Shown piece after piece: positions 17,681 to 27,203 of a stretch of 64,000 nucleotides of DNA. The stretch covers positions 1,056,001 to 1,120,000 of the forward strand of contig CBDBBI010000010.1 of the NCBI GenBank assembly GCA_965202625.1. Direction: 5' to 3'. Numbering within the stretch: the stretch's first letter is position 1; every line of letters starts with the position of its first letter. The DNA comes from a bacterium. GTDB lineage: Bacteria; UBA8248. A model generated the notes under the pieces. It saw only the letters and a list, made by a program, of their open reading frames with translations. It was not told the DNA's origin and searched no databases. Position numbers and translations under genes: made by a program.

Positions 17681-18079
17681 TCACGCACCCATGGTGAACG
17701 CTTTTCTCACGCGTATTCGGTAGATGACGCGCACCTGGCCCGGCTGGCGGTTCGGATAGACGTCCTTGTCCAGATACTTCTTCGACAAGGCGTCGATGTG
17801 CTCCTCCGCTCCCTCCTCGCTGATCTCCACAACCTCGCCCTGAAGCCCCAGCCAGCGATAGAGATTTTCCGGATCGACGATAGCCATCGACACCCGGGAG
17901 CGGGAGCGCATGTTGACGTCCTTCAATCGACCCCTGGCGGAATTGATTCGGATGAGATCGCCCTCCGTATCGAACCAGATGGGTGAGACCTGGGGCGAGC
18001 CGTCCTTGTTCTGGGTACCCAGATACAAAAGGGCCTTGGTGTCGAGAATGCCGATGTGCGACTGCGGTATCTGTAGCAT
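17681..18079 (-). CDS. PPOX-class F420-dependent oxidoreductase
   Basis: DGSPQVSPIWF, INSARGRLKDVNM, HIDALSKKYL. Confidence 0.88.
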   Translation of the reverse strand: MLQIPQSHIGILDTKALLYLGTQNKDGSPQVSPIWFDTEGDLIRINSARGRLKDVNMRSRSRVSMAIVDPENLYRWLGLQGEVVEISEEGAEEHIDALSKKYLDKDVYPNRQPGQVRVIYRIRVRKAFTMGA

Positions 18080-18135
18080 CTGCGGGTTCCTTGTATGAGA
18101 AAAAACGGTTGATGACGCGAAGAAGAAAGGCGCGC

Positions 18136-19110
18136 TCACGCGCACCTGGGCAAAACCTCCTCGGTGAACATTTTGAGGGAGTCGTCGAAGTCCTGAACGG
18201 GAGGGTCGATCATGATGCTCTTCACCCCATAGGATTCGATCTCCTGAATGCGCGCGACGCACTCCTCCGGCGTGCCCGTGATGGTGAAGCGATCCAGAAT
18301 GTAGTCGGTGATGAGGGGGACGTGCTTGGGGTCGCGCCAGTTGCGCACGTCGAAATTGTCCAGGAGGTTCTGAATTTCGGACTTGAATTCGTGCGGAACG
18401 GAATCAAGCGTCATGCGAAAATTATGGTGTGCGCGATTCGCCACCCGCGCCCGCACCTTTTCTCTCGCGCGGGTGCCGTCGCCGTCCACGGAAACGATCG
18501 CCCCAAAAATGACGTCCATCTCGCCGAGAGAGGCATCGCGGCGCACCAGCCCCTCGTTCAAATGCCCCAAAACCCATTCCACCGTCTCTTGATAGACGCC
18601 TGAGCCCACGATGACGCCGTCTGCGATCTCGCCGGACATGGCGAGCGTCCTGGGCCCCTCGGCGGACGTATAGATGGGGATTTCGCGCGCACACCACATT
18701 TTCACGTTGACGCCCTCGGCGTATTCCACCGTCTCGCCGCGCGTGAACGCCCGAACGTTCGCTATGGACTCCCGCATTCTGGCGAGCCGGGCCATCTTTT
18801 TCCCCAGCGTATAGACGGGCGTATCCCCCGAGCCTATGCCGAACATGACGCGCCCGCCGGACAGCTCATCCAGCGTGGCGACGGCACTCGCCGCCACGCT
18901 GTCGTCGTGGAGTACGGGGTTCGTCACGCCGGGGCCGATTTTCACCTTCTCGGTGTGCTCAATCGCCAAGGCGAGGGCGACGTTGTGATCCCGACAGGTG
19001 AGGTGGCTCTCCGCTATCCATACCTGCTCGAAGCCGTTGTCCTCGGCGTATTTCGCCCGCTCCGCCAAGAGCCGGATATCGTCGGGCACCAGATGAAGAC
19101 TAAAACGCAT
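18136..19110 (-). CDS. LLM-class oxidoreductase, Mer-like (probably F420-dependent)
   Basis: WIAESH, IGPGVTNP, ATLDELSGGRVMFGIGSGD, GPRTLAMSGEIADGVI. Confidence 0.88.
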   Translation of the reverse strand: MRFSLHLVPDDIRLLAERAKYAEDNGFEQVWIAESHLTCRDHNVALALAIEHTEKVKIGPGVTNPVLHDDSVAASAVATLDELSGGRVMFGIGSGDTPVYTLGKKMARLARMRESIANVRAFTRGETVEYAEGVNVKMWCAREIPIYTSAEGPRTLAMSGEIADGVIVGSGVYQETVEWVLGHLNEGLVRRDASLGEMDVIFGAIVSVDGDGTRAREKVRARVANRAHHNFRMTLDSVPHEFKSEIQNLLDNFDVRNWRDPKHVPLITDYILDRFTITGTPEECVARIQEIESYGVKSIMIDPPVQDFDDSLKMFTEEVLPRCA

Positions 19111-19645
19111 TCCCAACGCCTCCCCCATTGTCAGACAAGAGAAAAAACCTCAAAAGCGGCCCCCATGCGCTCCCACCGGCGCGGCCTCGCTCCCCTGCGC
19201 CCGACAGCGAGATACTCCCCGTGTTTGGTGCGCTTCAAAGCATTGCTCCCCATCGTTCGCATCGCACGCAGCACCGCCCGCGTTTTTGACGGCATCATCA
19301 AAGGCGATGCCCGGCATACCAGACGCGCGAACAGCCCGGCGCATCCGCCGGAAGGCTCCCCTCGCCCATCTCCTCCGGGCGATACAAGACGTGAAAGGAG
19401 GAAAATCCATTCGGCCATCCCTGGTTCCCGCGCGCTGAGGGCGGCGTTGACAGATTCCCTTTCGGCGTCCACAAGGACTCCGACGCCATGAGCGTGGAAA
19501 GGGGTTTTCAGAGCTCCCGCATACGGGTTTGAAAGTTATAATGCCGACATCATCGCAATCGCGTCAAGGTTGGAGCGTGAAGTTTGCAGATTTCCTTTGA
19601 GGACATATTCTCGATGCGGCATACGCGCATCTCGCCGAGGTTATC

Positions 19646-20404
19646 TTGAGTTCTTTCGCTTTCATCGCCGTCTTTTGCGCTGCGTTCATCGGCTCAGGCC
19701 TCAAAGCCGTCGGGGGATTTGGTTTCGCCACCCTGACGACGCCGGTCGTTGCCATCTTCTGGGACGTGCCCACGGCCATCGCCGTCATCTCCGTTCCCAC
19801 CCTTTGCACGAGCCTCATGAACGCCTGGCGCGTGCGCGAAGCCGTTCACGAGGGGCTCAGGTCTTTCGTCCCCTTTTTCATGATGAGCCTGGTGGGCCTG
19901 GCCGTTGGTCTGACGATTCTTCTCAACGCCGACCCGCATCTGATGAAATTCATCCTCGGCGCCTTCCTCATCTGCCAGCTCGTCTGGCAATGGACGCATC
20001 CGGAGAAATCAGCCCCCGAGGATTCCTTGACGCGCTCTCTGGGCATGGGCGCGATCGCCGGGTTGATGCTGGGCACGATCAACGTTCCCTCTCACGTCAT
20101 CGCGTCCTACCTCACGGGGATGAAAATCTCCAAGGAGCGGTATTTGTTCGTGCTGAGCGCGAGCCAGGTCGTGCTTCGCGTCGCGGCTATCGCCTCCATC
20201 GCGACCGCGGGCTTCATCGACTCCAGGGCGCTGTGGCTCATCCTCGTTCTGGCGACGCCTGTGCTGCTCGGATTTTTCGTGGGCACGAAAATATACAGCA
20301 TTTTCACGGACCAGCTGTTTTTCCGCATCATCACCATCGTTCTGTTCCTGATGGGCGTCGTGCTCGTCGTGATGAACGCGAAGGCGCTCGCCATCTTTCA
20401 TTGA
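19646..20404 (+). CDS. TauE/SafE family membrane protein (start uncertain)
   Basis: About 8 TM helices, GLKAVGGFGFA, GAIAGLMLGT. Confidence 0.82.
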   Translation: MSSFAFIAVFCAAFIGSGLKAVGGFGFATLTTPVVAIFWDVPTAIAVISVPTLCTSLMNAWRVREAVHEGLRSFVPFFMMSLVGLAVGLTILLNADPHLMKFILGAFLICQLVWQWTHPEKSAPEDSLTRSLGMGAIAGLMLGTINVPSHVIASYLTGMKISKERYLFVLSASQVVLRVAAIASIATAGFIDSRALWLILVLATPVLLGFFVGTKIYSIFTDQLFFRIITIVLFLMGVVLVVMNAKALAIFH

Positions 20405-20542
20405 ACCGCCCGAGGCGAAGCAGGGGGTGCGTCGAATTGACGAGGGCGAATCATCCAGGGTATTTTTTGTATTCATCATTGACACTGGAAAAACCGAGAC
20501 ACTGAGGCATATCCATCGGGTATCTCAAGAGGATCGAACAAA

Positions 20543-21295
20543 ATGCCAGTGAAAGTAAGCATCAAAAACCTGCACATGGAATACTACCTCAAGGACAGGA
20601 AGGTTCATGCCCTCAAGGAAATCAACCTCGACATTCAGAATGGAGAGTTCGTCTGCGTCGTGGGGTTGTCCGGATGCGGAAAGACCACTCTGCTGAACAT
20701 TCTTGCCGGATTCCTGGAGCATACGGCCGGCTCCATTCTGCTTGACGGCAAACCCATCTCGAATGCGGGCCGCATGAACCGGGGCGTCGTGTTTCAGGAA
20801 TACGCGCTCTTCCCCTGGCGTACGGCTCTTCGGAACGTCGAATTCGGACTTGAGATGAAGGGACTGAGCAGGGAGGAGCGCACGAAAAAAGCCCAGGAAT
20901 ACCTCTCGCTCGTCCACCTGGAGAAGTTCACCCACCTGTATCCCCACAACCTCTCGGGCGGCATGAAGCAGCGCGTCGCCGTGGCGAGGGCATACGCCTA
21001 CGAACCCCAATTCATGCTGATGGACGAGCCCTTCGGCGCACTCGACGCGCAGACGAGGGAGAATCTCCAGTCCCTGACGGTCGAGGTCTGGGAGAAGACC
21101 CAAAAAACCATCTTCTACGTCACGCACAACCTCAGCGAAGCGGTTTATCTTGCGGACAGAATCATCGTCCTCGCCGGCCAGCCGGGGAAAATTCACAAAG
21201 AGATCAGGGTGGACCTCCCCCGGCCCAGAGACCCGTTCGACCCCAAGGTGGTGGACCTCGAACATCAGACGACCGAGGCGGTGCGCGGCAACTGA
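20543..21295 (+). CDS. NitT/TauT ABC transporter ATP-binding protein
   Basis: GLSGCGKTT, VFQEYALFPWRT, LSGGMKQR, MDEPFGALD. Confidence 0.92.
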   Translation: MPVKVSIKNLHMEYYLKDRKVHALKEINLDIQNGEFVCVVGLSGCGKTTLLNILAGFLEHTAGSILLDGKPISNAGRMNRGVVFQEYALFPWRTALRNVEFGLEMKGLSREERTKKAQEYLSLVHLEKFTHLYPHNLSGGMKQRVAVARAYAYEPQFMLMDEPFGALDAQTRENLQSLTVEVWEKTQKTIFYVTHNLSEAVYLADRIIVLAGQPGKIHKEIRVDLPRPRDPFDPKVVDLEHQTTEAVRGN

Positions 21296-21577
21296 AGCCG
21301 TCTCATCTGGGATTTTTTCCGAATTTTCCGGTGCAACAGCACATGCAGATCCGGACGCGAGAGCGCAAACTCCCGCAAGGGGGGAAGCCTGTGCTTACAA
21401 GTTTGGATTATTGAAAATGGAATGGTGCGCTTTTGGATTCGATAAAATAGCCCAACCTTCCTATTTTATAAGCATAGAAGGAGGGACACGATGAACATGA
21501 GAGATTTGCAAGACTTTTCACGCCGAAAGCGGGGAGGGATTCGATGATTCGATTCGCCAGTTTATCGGGGCGGCCGC

Positions 21578-22524
21578 ATGAACCGCCTGTTTTATGGGGA
21601 CAATCTTCAGATTATGGGAGAATTGCCTCCAAATAGCGTTGACCTCATCTATTTAGACCCGCCATTCAACTCGAACAAAAACTACAACCTCATGTATCGG
21701 GACATGGTGGGCCGTCCCGTTTCGGAACAAATAGAGGCGTTCTGCGACACATGGGAAATGGACGCCGAGAAGGAAGAGATCGCCCGGAAAATGCCGGTCC
21801 CTTATGCGAGAACAAGGGATCGAGGATTACTACGTCGATTTCTGGCGGCTCTGGATCAAGGCTTTGCGGCACACCCAGCCGCGCCCTCGCCTATCTCTCC
21901 TACATGTCGGAACGGCTTGCCGAGGCGCGCCGCCTCCTCAAGCCCACAGGCTCCATCTACCTGCATTGCGACCCGACCATGAGCCATTATCTGAAGGCGG
22001 TGATGGATGACGTTTTCGGCGTCAAGAATTTTAGAAACGAGATTATTTGGAGCGGCATTCCGCACGACCTCTCCAGTGCGCGGAAGCTCGCGCAGGACAA
22101 ACCCTTCGACTTCGAGAAATGGGCGATTTGCCGAATCCCCGGGCTCGCGCCAAACGCCAGGCAGGTGGGCGACGGGGGAATCGACGGACGTGGCCTGCTT
22201 TTGAACGCGCCCGACGATCACGATTCCCGCCTGGTACTGGCACAAGTCAAGGGTGGAAAATTCCAGGCGAGCGGGTTGCGGGATTTTCTGGGCGTCATGG
22301 AAAGGGATCGCGCCGCCATGGGCGTATTCATCACCCTGAACAGCGCGACCTCTCCCCATGCGCACACCGAAGCGGGGCGAAAGGGAAGCATCCGCATGGG
22401 CGCGTCTCAATATCCGCGCGCGCAATTATGGTCGATAGACGATCATTTCAGAAAGAATCAGCCGCACATGCCGCCCCTCGCCGACCCTTACACGGGCAAG
22501 GAAATGCAGCAGCCCCTGTTTTGA
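21578..22524 (+). pseudogene. Decayed N6/N4 DNA methyltransferase with C-terminal Mrr-like restriction domain
   Basis: LFYGDNL...YLDPPFNS; frameshifts near 21800 and 21890; SIYLHCD...FRNEIIW joins directly to GIPHDL...GDGGIDG...QVKGG, so the FxGxG motif is missing. Confidence 0.8.
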
Positions 22525-22543
22525 CAATACGAAGGGAGATGAC

Positions 22544-22810
22544 GTGATATGGTTCGCGGAATTTATCGATTCAAGCGGAAAGTTCGTCGCGTTCGGCGAT
22601 GATCCCGAAGAGATGCCCGTCCACAAGGAACAGCGGAACGGCGGCCTCTATCCGACGCCCATGACCTTCCCCTCGTGTCTGAAGTTTCTCTGGGGAGCGG
22701 ATGAGGTGGCGCTGCCCCGCAAGGTCACCGAGCAGGAAATCCTGAATCGCTTCGCCGATCCCGATCATGAAGAAGACTGGGAGCGCGAACTGCGGCGCCG
22801 AACGACCTGA
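22544..22810 (+). CDS. Small hypothetical protein (MTFPSCLKFL family, copy 1)
   Basis: RBS AAGGGAG; homologous to 24053-24253. Confidence 0.6.
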   Translation: MIWFAEFIDSSGKFVAFGDDPEEMPVHKEQRNGGLYPTPMTFPSCLKFLWGADEVALPRKVTEQEILNRFADPDHEEDWERELRRRTT

Positions 22811-23047
22811 CGTTCTCGCCAACGGGGACTTTCCCGATTCTTTGGCGCGCTATCTGACGCCGCATTCCCTTGCCCAGCGCTGGACGTTCCCAGATCGCCC
22901 TCCGTTGTCTGGCGCACTATCTGACGCCTCTGACGCCATCACCTCGCGCTGGCCATGCTTCGCGCCTGTCCGTTATTTCCTTGGGAAATTTTGTTGATTT
23001 GTCGCCAATCGGATAGCGTTGGATTCGCCGTTTTCGCGTTGACGCAA

Positions 23048-23351
23048 GGCGCGGTTCCGAAATCCAAGACCTTCTGATGCGAAAACGGCCGACTCCCCGG
23101 AGGGGAGCCGGCCGCCTTAAGCCGCTCTTATCGCCGCTGACCGCCCACTTCCTCCATCATGCCCCACTTGACGACGGTCACCCTCTCGAACTTCTCAAAA
23201 ATGAATTTCTCCATCACGAATCCCACCAAAGCGATGGCCGCGATTCCCACGAGCATGAAAGCCGTATCCAGATCTTCACGGCTGTCGAATATGGCGTATC
23301 CCAAGCCCCAATCACTCGCGGCCACCATCTCTCCGGCGATGCCCGCGCGCC
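23048..23351. repeat. About 304-bp direct copy of 24407-24711 (3' end of the ABC permease plus its terminator)
   Basis: Near-identical by eye (a few SNPs, one indel). Confidence 0.95.
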
Positions 23352-23507
23352 GAAGCGGGACAAAAGGGGAACATCCGCATGGGCGCGTCCCAATATCCGC
23401 GCGCGCAATTATGGTCGATAGACGATCATTTCAGAAAGAATCAGCCGCACATGCCGCCCCTCGCCGACCCTTACACGGGCAAGGAAATGCAGCAGCCTCT
23501 ATTTTGA
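23350..23507 (+). repeat. Diverged copy of the methylase 3' end (22367-22524)
   Basis: Shared long identical core ...CAATATCCGCGCGCGCAATTATGG...GAAATGCAGCAGCC. Confidence 0.92.
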
Positions 23508-23590
23508 GCTGACGCGCTGGCGGGGCGCGGATGGCGGGACAACGCGCTGATGCGCGGGCTTTATTCGCACTTTTAATATGTGATACAAGC

Positions 23591-23622
23591 AAAGGGCTCC
23601 GGGTAGAGACCGGAGCCCTTTT
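23591..23622. terminator. Bidirectional terminator-like hairpin
   Basis: AAAGGGCTCCGG-loop-CCGGAGCCCTTTT. Confidence 0.7.
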
Positions 23623-23729
23623 GATTTGCCCGTTCGCTTGCTGACAAGGTCGCTCACGGGATATGACCGCTGCCCCCAACATATCCTTTGCAAAGCGAAC
23701 CTGTCAACTTCATGGGAGGGGTTCGCTTT

Positions 23730-23999
23730 ATGGACGAGAAGACGCTTCTTTGCCGCGTTTGCAAGATCGAGCCGAAACGCGTCGAAGAGGAAGGAAAGCC
23801 TGATCTGATACGTTGTCCCCGGTGCGGCGCATTCGGTAATTTTGATGAAGTCCTTGAAGCGGCTTCCAGGCATTTGACAGGCAGCATCATAAACGACGGG
23901 TTCAATCGCCGCGCGCGTAAATCCAGGAGATCGAAGGTTATGCGCTACGTCCTCGGCAATCGCAAAAATATCACTGCCCCCGCTTTCATCTTTCAATGA
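23730..23999 (+). CDS. Small basic Zn-ribbon protein
   Basis: CRVC...CPRC; RBS GGGAGG. Confidence 0.6.
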   Translation: MDEKTLLCRVCKIEPKRVEEEGKPDLIRCPRCGAFGNFDEVLEAASRHLTGSIINDGFNRRARKSRRSKVMRYVLGNRKNITAPAFIFQ

Positions 24000-24052
24000 T
24001 GATTCCTCCTTGACGCGCGCTAGACGATCTCCCGACCGAAGCGTTTCCTGAT

Positions 24053-24253
24053 CTATTTCGCCGTCGTCTTGGCGGCATCGGTGATGTCGTCCGCACCGTG
24101 CAGGAATTTGAGGCAGGAAGGGAACGTCATCTCCGTTCTGGAATAGTCGGGACCGCCGCCGACGCCCAGGCTGTAGACGGGCAGGACGTTCCTGTTTTCT
24201 CCAAACGCGATGAATTTATGGTCGCCGTCCGTGAATTGCACCAGATAGATCAT
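24053..24253 (-). CDS. Small hypothetical protein (MTFPSCLKFL family, copy 2)
   Basis: Homolog of 22544-22810; ATGA-coupled to an upstream truncated ORF end (...FNKSILEKYE). Confidence 0.55.
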   Translation of the reverse strand: MIYLVQFTDGDHKFIAFGENRNVLPVYSLGVGGGPDYSRTEMTFPSCLKFLHGADDITDAAKTTAK

Positions 24254-24440
24254 TCGTATTTCTCCAAAATGGACTTATTGAACACGTCGGCGGCGAAGTT
24301 GGCGTTTTCCGCGCGGGAAACGCCCGACGGATTCATGGCGATTTCGGAGACGAGGGAGAACTTGATGGGACTTAGGGGATCTGCACCAAAGCGTCGAGGG
24401 CCAGGGGGCGCAGTTCCGAAATCCAAGACCTTCTGATGCG

Positions 24441-24474
24441 AAAACGGCCGACTCCCCGGGAGGGGAGCCGGCCG
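24441..24474 (-). terminator. Terminator of the ABC permease (copy at 23082-23114)
   Basis: CGGCCGGCTCCCC-loop-GGGGAGTCGGCCG-TTTT on the minus strand. Confidence 0.75.
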
Positions 24475-24487
24475 CCTTAAGCCGCTC

Positions 24488-25357
24488 TTATCGCCGCTGA
24501 CCGCCCACTTCCTCCATCATGCCCCACTTGACGACGGTCACCCTCTCGAACTTCTCAAAAATGAATTTCTCCATCACAAATCCCACCAAAGCGATGGCCG
24601 CGATTCCCACGAGCATGAAAGCCGTATCCAGATCTTCACGGCTGTCGAATATGGCGTATCCCAAGCCCCAATCACTCGCGGCCACCATCTCTCCGGCGAT
24701 GCCCGCGCGCCAGGCGCGCGCCAGGCCGATGCGGACGCCTGAGAGAATGAACGGCAGCGAACCTGGGAAGATGACCTTCCAGAACAAGGTCATCCCCTCC
24801 GCGTTCATCGACTTCGCAGCCCGTATCCAGATCGGATTGATGGTTTTCACCCCCGTCCACGTGGAGGAGATGGCGGGCAGTGCCGCGGCGAACGCGGTGA
24901 TGAAAATCATGGTGGTATTGCCGAGGCCGAACCACAAAACGAGAATCGGGCTCCAGGCCAGTGCCGGTATGGGCAGAAGCATGCTCAGGATGGGGATCAT
25001 GAATTTCTCGAACCAACCGACGCGGCCCATGGCGATGCCGATGGCTATCCCCACGAAGCCGGCGATGATCATTCCCACCATAATCCGCCAGGCGGTGTGA
25101 TAGGAGTGCACGCAGAGAACGCAGGTGGTATCGCCGGACTTGAGGAAAGTGACTTCATAAAAACGGTGCAAAATGGGCAGTGCCCGCGGAAAGAGCGCGG
25201 GCTCGTTCACAATCCAGGCGATGGACTCCCAAATCACCAGCACCGCGATAAAACTGGGAATGTTGTCCCTGATCCACATCCACATTTTTTCCTGCGCGGT
25301 GTATTCCGTCGGCAGCCTGACGTCATCCCTTCTGATTTCATCCGTCGCGGTGGTCAT
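24488..25357 (-). CDS. NitT/TauT ABC transporter permease
   Basis: PIPALAWSP, WFGLG, RAAKSMNA, GVRIGLARAW, GEMVAASDWGLG. Confidence 0.92.
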   Translation of the reverse strand: MTTATDEIRRDDVRLPTEYTAQEKMWMWIRDNIPSFIAVLVIWESIAWIVNEPALFPRALPILHRFYEVTFLKSGDTTCVLCVHSYHTAWRIMVGMIIAGFVGIAIGIAMGRVGWFEKFMIPILSMLLPIPALAWSPILVLWFGLGNTTMIFITAFAAALPAISSTWTGVKTINPIWIRAAKSMNAEGMTLFWKVIFPGSLPFILSGVRIGLARAWRAGIAGEMVAASDWGLGYAIFDSREDLDTAFMLVGIAAIALVGFVMEKFIFEKFERVTVVKWGMMEEVGGQRR

Positions 25358-25639
25358 CGACCAGCCTCCTAGATCATGCGAAGAGCAAAGCGTTCAACGC
25401 ATCTTGCGTCATTCACCCATGCGAAAAACAGCGGCGTCATCCGCTTGGCTTTCGGCCCCGTTTCGAGAAGGAGTCATTCTTGCAAAAATGGCTTTTCAAG
25501 TCAAAATCCCCGCCCAAGACGCCGCCCTTCACCCATCATGAAACGGCGGGACAACGCATTTTCTCTCGCCGCCGCGCTCGTATGCGCGCTTCCCTCTCAT
25601 CGCCCGAACGTCAAGGCCATCGCCCCCTGCCGCATTCGA

Positions 25640-26086
25640 TCAATCTCTGCCTGATTCGGCACCCTCCTCGGCAATCGCTCGAAAGCGAGCGGCGACGCTC
25701 TCGCTCGCACCCTCGCCGATATACGCCCCATAGGAAGAATCATCATCGGCGACGCCCTCAATCTCCCAGGCCGTATCCTTCGCCACGATGAAAACGACGT
25801 CCTCATCATCCGCGGCCACCATGCTGTGGAGCGCATTCGCCGGTATGTGAATGATCCCCCCCGCCCCGACCGTCTTTCGCTCCCCGTCGATCATCGCCTT
25901 CAGACGACCCTGCTGAACGAGAATGAACTGCTCGTTCGCGTGCCGGTGCGGCCTGCTGCCCGTACCGGCGGGCTTGTTGATGATGCCGAATATGACGCGC
26001 TCGCCGTCGACCCACACGCCCTCGGAGGTGCTGTAGCTCCGCCCCGCCAGTTTTTGCTCCATCGTCTTGGGATCGTAAAAAGGCAT
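25640..26086 (-). CDS. Cupin domain protein
   Basis: PHRHANEQ...G...HIPANALH. Confidence 0.85.
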   Translation of the reverse strand: MPFYDPKTMEQKLAGRSYSTSEGVWVDGERVIFGIINKPAGTGSRPHRHANEQFILVQQGRLKAMIDGERKTVGAGGIIHIPANALHSMVAADDEDVVFIVAKDTAWEIEGVADDDSSYGAYIGEGASESVAARFRAIAEEGAESGRD

Positions 26087-26168
26087 CGTATTCCCTCTCC
26101 CCCTTTGGTTGTGTGAAAGGCCCGGAAACGCGCCTGCGGTTTCGCACGCTTCATCCATTCATTATATT

Positions 26169-27203
26169 TCATATTTCTCGATATTCCGTGGCGAGGGCGA
26201 ACCCTTTGTTCCCCGCCTCTACCGGCCCGCTGCACCGGCTGAAAAAGAGCACCCCCTCGGCGGGACTCCGCAACTCCTCGACCACTTCAAGGCGAAAAGG
26301 GTCCAGCATCTCGCCCAGCAACTCCCCCTCGCTCACCCGCGCGCCAAGGTCGGAGAAACCTGTTTTTCGAGAGAGGAGATAGCCCCCTCCCGACGGATTG
26401 ACCTCGACGCGATGGGCGAAGTCAAAGCAGGTAATTCTCTCCCTTCGCTCCTCCCCCGAAACCATCTGGAGATGACGGAGGAGGTTCCAGAAGCCACCCT
26501 CCAGGCTTTCTCGATACAGGTTCTCCTCACACTCGGGCAGATAGACCCCGCCAATCTCAGCGCTGATGGCGGGCACGTTCTGCGTGAGGGCATAACCGGA
26601 GGGGCTCGACGCGTTCGAAGGCACGCCATGCACCATCCCCGCCCCCCCGCTGGCGAAGGCGATCGCCAGCGCGCGCGCGCGCGCTCCGAGCGGGCCCTCG
26701 ACGTTCGGGGCCACGTCGACGCGCCTTTGAATTCTCCCCGCCATTCCGCCAGAGTGGAATTCGACGAAATAATCCGCGTCGTCGAGCAGCGTTTCACGGA
26801 TTTTGGAGGCGAAGCGCTGCGTCAGCGTCCCCCTCGCAGAACCTGGAAACGCCCCCCAAAGATTCGTCTGCTCATGCTGATCCGGAGACTGGCGGGAGAA
26901 ACTGGCAAAAGCAAAAGGGTTCCCTACCGGAACGAGCAGCAAGGTGCCTCTGAAACGCTGGGGATCGATGCGCGTCAGGACATTTTGAAGCGCGCGAATC
27001 GGCTGCGGCTCATCCCCATGCACACACGCCAGAGCGGAGAGGGTGGGTCCTGGCTCCGCCCCCCTTACGCAGTGCAGGGGCAAAGCCGTCTCGGAGCCGG
27101 TGAGCATTCGCGCCACGGGAACCTTGGCGTATGCGCGCTCCCCCGGGGCGAACTTCATTCCGCCAAGTTCCAATACGTTCCACCTCGTTCCGCTCACCCT
27201 CAC
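26169..27203 (-). CDS. Succinylglutamate desuccinylase / aspartoacylase (M14) family
   Basis: VHGDE, PVGNP, AFPG, EFHSGG, AEIGG. Confidence 0.85.
   Translation of the reverse strand: MRVSGTRWNVLELGGMKFAPGERAYAKVPVARMLTGSETALPLHCVRGAEPGPTLSALACVHGDEPQPIRALQNVLTRIDPQRFRGTLLLVPVGNPFAFASFSRQSPDQHEQTNLWGAFPGSARGTLTQRFASKIRETLLDDADYFVEFHSGGMAGRIQRRVDVAPNVEGPLGARARALAIAFASGGAGMVHGVPSNASSPSGYALTQNVPAISAEIGGVYLPECEENLYRESLEGGFWNLLRHLQMVSGEERRERITCFDFAHRVEVNPSGGGYLLSRKTGFSDLGARVSEGELLGEMLDPFRLEVVEELRSPAEGVLFFSRCSGPVEAGNKGFALATEYREI

Noticed and set aside
19131-19491. ORFs between the LLM gene and the TauE-like gene
   Set aside because: No recognisable motifs or convincing RBS; likely intergenic
21335-21400. 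Possible structured RNA (AGCACA...TGTGCT enclosing small hairpins)
   Set aside because: Short pairings, no match to a riboswitch consensus I can support
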